From Pecten maximus (Eukaryota): a stretch of 64,000 bases of DNA. The DNA is taken from the NCBI RefSeq assembly GCF_902652985.1, contig NC_047015.1:54870001-54934000 (forward strand), given 5' to 3'. Numbering within the stretch: position 1 is the first letter of the stretch; the number at the start of each line of letters is the position of its first letter. The position numbers and the translations under genes were made by a program. Of the stretch, positions 37,326-48,100 are shown in pieces. Under the pieces are notes generated by a model. That model saw only the letters and a program-made list of their open reading frames with translations. It was not told the origin of the DNA and did no database searches.

Positions 37326-39087
37326 GACGTCTGTATGATTAGAAATTAATTGGCTATAAGTCCTTCCTCGACGTACATTCCTTTTCTTTATGTATCCACG
37401 AACTATACCCTTTGAAAATATCCATTTTTGGTCAAGGATTTACAAATATGTTATTCAAACATTCAGTATTCATTCGTATGTATAATTAGCATACACTTGA
37501 CTTTAATCCGAATCACACAGTTAAAAACGTATGACGCGTTATATATCAATAACAGCCATTTTTGACGACAGTACCAACCTGGGAACTACATGGGGACGAT
37601 TCTGTTTCTCTTCAACACCATTTTCCATAGAAGTTCTTATCCTAAACACAACATTCATATGTCCGGCACTTTTCGGATAGTTGAATTATTCCTTTTTCCT
37701 CCAACCGGATCCATCCCCCTCCAATGTATTTCACTGACCAATCAAGCCGGCTTCAGGCAGTTAATTTGAATGGAGATATTTGTTGGCAAATCGTTAGACG
37801 TACAATGCCAAAAAGCTGATACCATTAACAATGGCGGTCAGATTGATATAGACCGTCTTCAGGGTGAGTGCCTTTTAAAATGTGTATCGAATAATTACAA
37901 AAACGGGTATATTAAAGAAGTGTATACATTTAAAGCTACGCTGAGCACACATGTATAGACTGTAGATAAAACAGACAAACACAACCAAAGTCACACAATG
38001 GAATTTTCTATGGGGCTTATGGAACGTTTAAACCGTTAAGGGCTAGCGTATATCCCTGACCGTACAATTACTGACATAGTAAATAGTTGATAGAGTAACG
38101 ACCGATAATTAGGTAGGTAACGGTATATTTGCACTCTTCTCTCACTAACTGAAACATGATACATGGCTAAATTGTTGTAACATAATGAATTGATTTACAA
38201 GTTATTGAAATATTTCAATGTATCGTCTGGGGATCGAATTGGTATGTCGATCGCTTTTAATTTTGAATTATGTTTGGACTCCTAAATGGTACCGACAAGA
38301 GTAAACGGCTCGAGTGTAAAAGGGAAGTTGACATATTCTATACATGTAAGGGTATTTAACTTTTAATTAAACCTTTATAATTACTTTTTAATTAATACGC
38401 TTGTAAGGGAAGTTTCAATTTGAACGATAAGATCAATACAACTAGAAAGAGTTGCCTCTCTCCTCGCTAATTACTATAGTCAATACTGTACAAATGTATA
38501 CCAGATACAGTGAAGTGAGTTTGATTTTATACCTAAAATTGTCTGACATAAGGCGCTAAAGATGTCACTGTAAGAAGATTGGCAAAGCTCGTATGAGGTA
38601 ACCAGTAACTCTGTTCATAGATGCAAATAGAAAAAAAAACATACACAAAAGGAAAAAAGAAAGAAAAAGAAAAGAAAAATAAAGAAAGAAAAAATCCAAA
38701 ACAAACTAGATTCTAAATGAAAAATAAAAGTCAAATTTTGCATCAAAACAACAAGCAATCAAGCATGTAAGGGAACGAAGACACAGGACAAATAATAACA
38801 ATGAGCTGGAGAAACAAATAAAGGTCCAACAAGAAAATCAAGAAAATAAATATATAAATATGAACTAATATGTATGAACTAAGTAGAAAACAAACTTAAG
38901 AAATGAAAAAATAATAGAAAAATAAATACGAAAACGTCAACAATCCATTTCAAACTCGCATCTCAATGTGTGGTGTCAGCAACATCGTAATCATAAGACC
39001 AAATAAGAAATCGGATGCAAAAACCTGGCGAGTAATCGTTTTATGACTGAACTTTTTTTTAGAGTGCACAGTATGTCAAATGTAGAT

Positions 39088-39540
39088 ATAGAGGATATCT
39101 AACAGTGTCTTCAGTAATACCAAATATATTTCACGAGTGGGGCTAATATTTTGATATTTTTCACGAGTGCGCAGCACGAGTGAAAAATATCAAAATATTA
39201 GCCGCACGAGTGAAATATATTTGGTATTACCGAAGACACTGTTAGATATTCTGTTTATTACATTTTTTTATCAACGAAAACCCTACCCCGTATGCTAACT
39301 AGGACTACAGCGATAATTTGTAAACAATAAAGTAGTTTCCCCTGTCCAGGTGCTGACGTATATGTCGGGCTTTTGATTGGTCAATTATTTTGGTATTTTC
39401 TAATCATTGATTTGATTGGACAAATCAGCAAAAGTGATATTTTTCACTAGTGAAAAATATGATATTTGTCACTAGTGAAAAATATCACTTTTATAGAATG
39501 AATAATTTTTGATATTTCACTGGTAAAAATGTAATAAATT
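39088..39540. mobile_element. Palindrome-containing non-autonomous element (possibly Crypton-like)
   Basis: Inverted arms of about 74 bp (39095-39168 and 39176-39249) centred on CACGAGTGCGCAGCACGAGTG. It begins ATAGAGG.TA like the 53735/61244 family. The class assignment is an inference. Confidence 0.65.
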
Positions 39541-39711
39541 AGACTCTTCGGTAGAAAACTCTGGTTCTATAAAACCCATGATACTTTTATTTAGTAATAC
39601 AATATACGAATGACTCAGTCACACTTGCTCTACAGCCAGGATACGGAGGCCGCAGATCCATGAAATCGAGAGAAATTTGTAACGGCCGCAGAAAGATCTT
39701 TGGCTAAGTGT

Positions 39712-40032
39712 TAAGTGTATTGATCATATTTGGTTTTGCCCACTTGATCACGAACTCTTGAGACCATCGTGTATACAGTGTTAATTGAGTTGATCGTTTT
39801 GGTTTTGCCCACTTGATCACCAACTCTTGAGACCATCGTGTATACAGTGTTAATTGAGTTGATCGTTTTGGTTTTGCCCACTTGATCACCAACTCTTGAG
39901 ACCATCGTGTATACAGTGTTAATTGAGTTGATCGTTTTGGTTTTGCCCACTTGATCACCAACTCTTGAGACAATCATGTATACAGTGTTAATTGAGTTGA
40001 TCGTATTTGGTTTTGCCCACTTGATCACCAAC
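39712..40032. repeat. Tandem repeat, 69-bp unit, about 4.5 copies
   Basis: GGTTTTGCCCACTTGATCAC recurs at 39732, 39801, 39870, 39939 and 40009. This explains the repetitive ORFs there. Confidence 0.92.
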
Positions 40033-42031
40033 CCTTTAGACCACGTACGTAATATATTGGCCTTAGTGACATCGCTTTATTTATCCTGTGTTGATCAGTA
40101 CCGTTTCCCGTTAATACAAAAAAAATCTGGGATCTGGGATATTAGCATCACTGACTAGTCTTCGACGTTTACTTCATTTTGACTCAACTGTGTCTAACCC
40201 TAAATTTGTTTTGAAAGCTTCTAATATCTTGTTTGTCTTTTGTATAATCATCTGGCCTGGGACACCTATTCGAGTAATGCTAGGTATGGATCCGGTGCCC
40301 ATATTAGGCGTTGCTGTCGTCAATGCTTACCAGAACCCTGTAGAATTAGGAAAATCAGCAACAATAACAAAATTACTTAAGGAGTGATTCTCAAAACCGT
40401 TCTCTTTTTTACAGCTCTTCAGGAGAATGGGTTTATTTTTGAAATCATATATATATAGAATACCGAAATAGTCTAACATACACTTTTTTATATGCAAGTT
40501 GTTTTTATAGAATTAAAGTAACAATGAAACTTATCACTATCTTAAATAAATCTACCATATATTATATTAGCGTTATTAAGCCTACTTTAAAGGTCCCTAG
40601 TATTATGTTTTTTTTAGATATGTGTATCCAACTGGATATTGATATACGATGACATTTAATTGAAATATATTCACGTGATGAATAATTTCAAATGTACCTG
40701 ACGTCTTATCAGTTACAATTACAAGTACAGATTTACGAATATCTTGCTTTCTATAGTATTAAGCAGTATGACATGACCTCATATAAAAGATTGATGACGG
40801 ACGAATGTTTTATTTTTACCTACACTATTGGCGCATGTGAGCAATATTCTCTAAAGACGGGTCAAAGTATATATGAATATTAGCTTTATATGCAACGTGT
40901 CGTGTAGAATAGCTTACCATTATAGTTACACTATGCCGTAATGACATTTTTGTGTTACTATATTTGTATTCGAGGTGAATGCTTACTTCATTAGGTCTCT
41001 CACTAAAAGACATTTATGTAGAAGAATAAGTACACCCGCAGTGCTTTTAAAATGAACTTCGTTCTTTAATGCTATAAATGTCACATTTCAACATACATAA
41101 TATATACAATAGTTATATTCATGGGAGATGTATATTGATATAAGTACCACCGTCGTGTGGACAGGCTGTGTAAAAACAGGTTCTTTAACAACCAAACAAA
41201 TACAAAGGAAATTAAATTGTATTTAAATATTTCAACGACATTCGTTCAAATTTAAACATTCTGCATGTTGAGGAAATTAAACCGAAATTAAATATCTCAG
41301 CATTATTTATATTCGTGCGTAATTATAAACAAAAAATAATCTCAAGTAATCTCAATGTATTGATTGAAAGCACAACCCGTTTGAAGCACAGTCGATAAAA
41401 AGGATCCATTGTAAATATTAACAATAGAAAATACCATTGTTCTAAGTACAATGGGATAACCGATGTTGCAATACATTATCAAATCACCATTTCGTGTCTT
41501 TAAAAATCTTATTGGGAGTATAATGCATAGTCATTTTGTTACGTTTCTCAAATTTGATTTAATAACGAATCCCAGGATATATTCTTTTCATATTGTCACC
41601 ATAAAAAAAATATTTATAATATATTTATTTGTTTTGGCGGTAAATCTAAATTTTCAAAATTATCACATTAATTGACATTTCAGAATATATAATAGTGTTC
41701 CAATCAACATCGTGTGCTTCAGTACCTGTCTTTGAAGTGTACAAGGTAGTCGCTGTTAATGAGAAAATATTTAATTTGAATATTGCGTTAATTACAATTG
41801 CACTTTCTTTCCCGACCAAGAGCATTTTCCAAATTTGGCTATGAAAAACTGCATAGCTAAACAACCGTAAACTGTACAATATAGGCTATTAGAATACCTG
41901 CCAACCAGATCAATACATTAATAAATAATAAATAGTAACTTATAACAACAATACATGTCTGTATAAGGTTGCCCACTGTCACGAAACCACATGTTCAAGC
42001 AGCATCATCTATCGTGCACTCTTCATTGTTC

Positions 42032-45015
42032 TCAGTTGTACAGAAGGATGTCCGTGAAGATGGCCTCCAAAATGACGCACATGCCCAGAAAATATAGAAA
42101 CCATGTCTTCTCTTTCGGAAGTTCGCCTTGCCGGATGAATATTATCTGAAAATGATAAGATTTTGAAAGTGGCAATTTAAGGCTTATATTTCCCATTCGA
42201 TGCTTGTATTCCTAGAATGGGTGTATCAATGTATCATACTGCAATATTGTTGAAAGGGAACGGAAGTCAAAGCTTATGTTGACGGAAGCACTAAGATAAA
42301 AATACAAATGACCATCTTTTGAGGTTAAAGGTTTGCCGTAACCCTGCACTTCACGTGCTTAATCAAAATGAATATTGGCAGGATTCATAATGTAACATGT
42401 GCTTAACGTTCTTTTCAAATCCAATTCATCTAAAATCATGAAATTTATCTTATCATGGAGACAATTGCACCAGTTAAATTTTGACATTTCTTTCGACCTG
42501 TTTCGAGGACGAAACAGCTGTATAATACAGTTTAATCCATTTTTACTCGCTCGAACTCTGAATTTGTAATAAAAGAAGCAGATATCTTACGCACCTTTTT
42601 AACATGCAATCCAAATCAACCAGTTCCAATTAAAACATATGACTTATTAAAAGACGAGTGGGAAAAGTCATGAACGTTTTTTATAGTGTATTCCCATTCT
42701 GCAACTTACAATACAATTGCAAATGCATATTCATTCAAAGCTATCAAACTCATTCAAAGATGTAAAGCGTTTTTTGAAATTACGTGAGATATTACCAATA
42801 TTATTTCCAGAATCACATATCCAACCAGACAGACTCCCAGCATGAAGTACAGGCCGCCATTCTCTCCTACGACGATTCCGCGGTATATGGCAAGTACTAC
42901 GCATACCTGTAGAAGAGGATGGGGGAAATGATATGTACTATGGCATTAACTATCCAATCCGGGGTAAGTATACAAATTATCAATGCGGACGTAATACTAT
43001 GATTTAATTGATACCGTTTATGGCAATATCAACAGGGACTTGGCACAAATTTCCAAGACACAGTGAATACACATGTATTTTATGATAATATATATATAAA
43101 TGCATGTCCTTTGGGATGAGGATTTATGAAAAGTCCCTGTGGTAATATTGTAATATCACATTCATTATATACTGTGAACCAACTTATTTCCGTGGAAACT
43201 TCTTTTTGCGTTTTCATGCCTAACGTCTTTTTCGCAGCGCGATTAAAACTATTACGCGAAAATTAATCGCACACGAAAATAATTTGGTTTATAGTAACAA
43301 TCGAGTATACCTACCATGACCATTATGATGATCAAAACGACGAATACAATCTGCAACGCCCTCTACAAACAGAAAAAAACAATAGTCCGAATATAAGCCG
43401 CTGAGTGTGGCATAGGGTACATATCTTTGACTCATTTCTTAGTAAAATGAGCCAGGATTTTAAGCAATGTCTTTTGACTCATTTCTAAGTGAGAGTTGTC
43501 AGAATATTAGCCCATGCTTTTGACTCATTTGAAGTGAAAGTTGTCAGAATGTTAGCCAATGCCTTTGACTCATTTCTAAGTGAGAGTTGTCAGAATTCTA
43601 GCCAATGCATTTGACTCATTTCTAAGTGAGAGTTGTCAGAATTTTAGCCAATGCCTTTGGCTCATTTCTAAGAGAGAGTTGTCAGAATTTTAGCCAATGC
43701 GTTTGACACATTTCTAAGAGAGAGTTGTCAGAATTTTAGCCAATGCGTTTGACACATTTCTAAGTGAGAGTTGTCAGATTTTTAGCCAATGTCTTTGACT
43801 CATTGAGCCATTTCTAAGTGAGAGTTGTCAGGATTTTTGCCAATGCCTTTGACTCATTTTGAAGTGAGAGCAGTCAGATTTTTTATCCAATGCTTTTGAC
43901 AAAGTCTCGTTGTAATATGAATATTTACATATTTTCAATATTGAGAGTCGTATAACGTCATTTATTCATGACGTCACGATAACTTTATTTACAATATTTA
44001 TGACAAATTAAAAGCTATTTACCACATATCCCGAGTTTCCTCTGGTCCTTACGTCATGTCTTGTGTAGGAGGAGGAAACTCGGGCAGTATTGAACCTATC
44101 ATCCTTTATAATATTCAGCTTGGTTTTACAGCTTTACGTTTTAAATGAATGACAGCACGTAAACATCGATACAAGGCCCTGTTAATGTCGCCTCCACTTA
44201 CTGACAACAGATCTAAAGGTCAGTTCTCATCAATTTCATATTTAAGATACATCGATACAAGGCCCTGTTTTTTTGTCGCCTCCACTTACTGACAACAGAT
44301 CTAAAGGTCAGTTCTCATCAATTTCATATTTAAGATACATCGATACAAGGCCCTGTTTTTTTGTCGCCTCCACTTACTGACAACAGATCTAAAGGTCAGT
44401 TCTCATCAATTTAATATTTAAGATACATCGATACAAGGCCCTGTTTTTTTGTCGCCTCCACTTACTGACAACAGATCTAAAGGTCAGTTCTCATCAATTT
44501 AATATTTAAGATACATCGATACAAGGCCCTGTTTTTTTGTCGCCTCCACTTACTGACAACAGATCTAAAGGTCAGTTCTCATCAATTTCATATTTAAGAT
44601 ACATCGATACAAGGCCCTGTTTTTTTGTCGCCTCCACTTACTGACAACAGATCTAAAGGTCAGTTCTCATCAATTTCATATTTAAGATACATCGATACAA
44701 GGCCCTGTTTTAACGTCGTCTTCATTTACTGACAATATGAATAACTCATAAATGATGGCCGTATGACGAAATGTCATTATAGTAAGGAATTGAACAATTA
44801 TACACGTTTTGATAAAAGACGTACAGAACGATGCCCAACAATGCAAGTTATGGATGACAAAGAAACATTAATGGGGGTAGTCGAAAAGGATTCAGTAGAT
44901 GAAAGAGTGAAAATCTTACGGCTCGTGGTCCCTGCCATTTGTCATGGTAAACAGCGTTGTCTTCGGTAGAGGTTGTTTGCTGATTTCTCATCAATGACGT
45001 CGAGTCGTCTGCCAT
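42032..45015 (-). CDS. TMEM243 (DUF2678)-like small membrane protein, paralog A, 122 aa, 4 exons
   Basis: Exons 45015-44920, 43362-43315, 42906-42796 and 42145-42032, all GT-AG and phase 0. Protein: MADDSTSLMRNQQTTSTEDNAVYHDKWQGPRA|RALQIVFVVLIIIMVM|VCVVLAIYRGIVVGENGGLYFMLGVCLVGYVILEIIL|IIFIRQGELPKEKTWFLYFLGMCVILEAIFTDILLYN*. It has three hydrophobic segments, and RQGEL resembles the recalled TMEM243 motif YWYRQGDL. Confidence 0.8.
43425..43900. repeat. Minisatellite, unit of about 46 bp (TTTGACTCATTTCTAAGTGAGAGTTGTCAGAATTTTAGCCAATGC), about 10 copies
   Basis: Directly visible; lies in intron 1 of paralog A. Confidence 0.9.
44160..44735. repeat. Near-perfect tandem repeat, 88-bp unit, about 6.5 copies
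   Basis: CATCGATACAAGGCCCTG at 44164, 44250, 44338, 44426, 44514, 44602 and 44690. Confidence 0.95.
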
Positions 45016-45189
45016 TTTGAAATGTCAAACTTCCGTATATCGGACCGAGGCTGTTTTACAAACAACCATGTGAATTTGATAAATAAAACGTCGCGCTATT
45101 TAGAGTGGATGATGTGATACGACAATGAGCGTTTATCTCGCGTCAATAGCGATGTCTTGTGAGCCCTTATCACATGATGTTGTGTCAAC
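45016..45189. promoter_or_regulatory. 174-bp bidirectional promoter/5' UTR spacer between the two TMEM243-like genes
   Basis: CpG-enriched spacer between divergent ATGs. It has an ETS-like ACTTCCG (about 45029) and an E-box TCACATGA (45170). Both ATGs lie in YY1-like contexts (AAAATGGC, AACATGGCGG). Confidence 0.6.
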
Positions 45190-48100
45190 ATGGCGGGCGG
45201 CGAGGTCACCAGCACGGAGTCTAACGCTATTTACTATGAAGTTTCTCCGACAATTGTATGTATAAATATATGTAATTTTTACTATAAGATTGTCGTTATA
45301 TTTTCTTCATTTAAGGTTATTACTATTTGAAAAGAAATGGATAATTGATCTTGATTTAAATAGTCCACAGGTATCGTGGTGACTCATGTATATATATACA
45401 CTGTATATATTGTGTTATTTATTGCCAACCAATCGCTTCCTGTTTCATCTGTTATGAGGGAATACGATTGTTTGTCTGCTAATCAAGATGATAATTTTTG
45501 AGTGAATTTTCATCTAAATGGCTTTCTATAGAAATAAAATGTCCTTAAAGATTTGCATGTCTTCAGCAACATGGTTTACTTTATGTTCCAGGCCTACCTT
45601 CTGCAATTCTGTAACTTACTTTGCCCAAATTTATTGCCTTTTTTTAAATCAGTGTTTTTCTATCAATCTTATGACTTTGTATCGTTGCAGACCTACGTTC
45701 TACGGTTCGATAACTTACTTTGTCCAAATGTTGCCGTTTTTTCAACTCAGTTTTACTATCAATAAAAATGACATTAGCATGGTGTGTACGTTTTGACTTT
45801 TTATCGTTTCAGACCTGCCTTCTCCGGTTCTGTAACGTGATCATGGCACTAATGATAGTGGTAAGTGTTGTCCATTCTTTGTTTCTTATGCCTTTATTGA
45901 CCCCCATTACCCTCATTCTGTCCGTCCGTCATAGATTTGGTTCAGAGAGAATTGTGCACTTATAAATATAGATGAATAAATATTTTTGTTGAAGTAAACT
46001 TCTATGTTCAGCTGTCAAACCTGGTATTTTTAATACTTTGGCAAGTTTCGACGTTCAATGTTTTGGCTACAGTTTCTAGATGGAAGGTTTTGGTTTAGAA
46101 GTTTTGTAGAGTTTGTCATTCATTCATTTAGTACTCATATGATGCTTGTATTTCCCATGTTTGTTTCTTTGTCTGATATTGTTTTACTCCAAATCAACAA
46201 AACAACATTTTAACAAAACATTTTAAAATTCCTTTGTTTTATCTGCGCTTTCAATGTTGTCTCCAAGCGGGCTCTTCTTCTTCTTCTTCTTCTTCTGTTC
46301 ACTATTTAGAGATGGAACATATCAATTTCATGTTTTCTTGAAAAATGTCTTTTTTTTCATTTTAAAAGTGAAAACAATGAAAATTTGAATCTTTGAAAAG
46401 AGCCATTTCATTAATGATACATAAAATGTGATTATGTTTATTTAGACTTTGGCTGTTTTTGTTTTGTGTTTTTTGTGTTTTGTTTGTTTTGTTTTTGTTT
46501 TTGTTTTCGGTTTGTTTTCTCCATTTTTGAATTTGAACACATTTTCTCGTCTTTTGATCCCCTCATGCATCAAGAATGTATAAAATAACGGTATTGTTTG
46601 TCTCTGTATTAAATTAACGATACAGAAATCACTCTTAAACTTGGTGTCTGACGATCGATAAGTTACAAAAGCGTGCCTATTTTAATGTCACTCTCCGTGT
46701 ATGAACTTTCCTTTCGAAACATATCCTATATCCAGTGGTATATATGCCTTCTTTGCTTATGCTTTTACGTTCTACCATCGACTTGATTCATTGGGACCTT
46801 TCATCAATAAACTGTTCTGGATAGAGGCGGCTGGCCAGTAATAAAGTATTCATAATCGGGGTTTTCTATCAGAAGACTTCCAATCTACGCTGAAGATTCT
46901 TTATTTGATACTTTGTCTGCCAATGTTGTCTTTATTGGTTTTGTCCCGGTGTTAACGTCTTCTGTAATAGATAATGTATATATCTCTTTCCTAGAGGAGG
47001 CTAAAATAGGTCAATCAGTTAGAGCCCCGGCCACGAAAACTCAGATGATGATCCGCGGTACGTGGTTCGATGCCCCTTCCCATGTCGGTTTGTGTTTCTC
47101 GGAAAGCTGAGGAACTGGCTGGTCTGTACTGTCGTGGTTGTGTCCCTGGGCAAGACACTTCGCCGTAATTGTTCTGAATGGCATGTGACGGGCCTCCCGT
47201 ATGTTGGTCGGTGAAGTAGTCAAAAGGTATCTTCGCGCCACGCGGAGTGAAACGTAATCAGTGGCCAGCGAAGATGATCAAAAGGAGACCTCGCCTCAAA
47301 ATGACCCTTGCTGTTCTAGAATCGATAAACCCAGCAAACAAACAAACAAACAAACAAACAGACCTTTATGTAGCATTATGATGGTAATGAAATTAATATC
47401 AATAAAACATAACTTTCCTGTTGTAGATATCATTTACCATGTGTCTGGTGGAGGGTCACCGGAATCAGACCTTCTACCTACTGGCCTGTAATACCGTCAG
47501 TAAGTATACCTGAATCGTAACAAGTGGAAGCTTATCTCGTGTAGAATGTACACTTAGATGAAATGCAAATGAGCGTATCATTAACAGAGACGGTGATATA
47601 TATATACATGTAGAAGTGTTTATTATGCAGTCATTTCTCCGCGAAATGTAGGAGTCGTATGCCATATATGAACATAACGAGTTCCATTTGTGATTTCTTT
47701 CTTATGAATTGTGGAATGTATGATATATAGGGACTGAATGGATTTTGTTTCACTTTTATTGCGGCTTTGAATACTAAGTAGCAGTAGTTATCTACATACC
47801 CCGTGGTGCGCGTTAGCATACCTCGAAAGATATGCAAGTCAAGTATTTCATTAATATTTTTACAGCCAACCTTTTATTAGAACGTTTATAACCAACCTTT
47901 CATTGATACTTTTACAGCCAACCTTTCATTAATATTTTTACAGCCAACCTTTTATTAGAACGTTTATAGCCAACCTTTCATTAATATTTTTACAGCCAAC
48001 CTTTCATTGATACTTTTACAGCCAACCTTTTATTAGAACGTTTATAACCAACCTTTCATTGATACTTTTACAGCCAACCTTTCATTAATATTTTTACAGC

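Noticed and set aside
39704-40031. Repetitive 89-aa and 106-aa ORFs
   Set aside because: Arise from the 69-bp tandem repeat.
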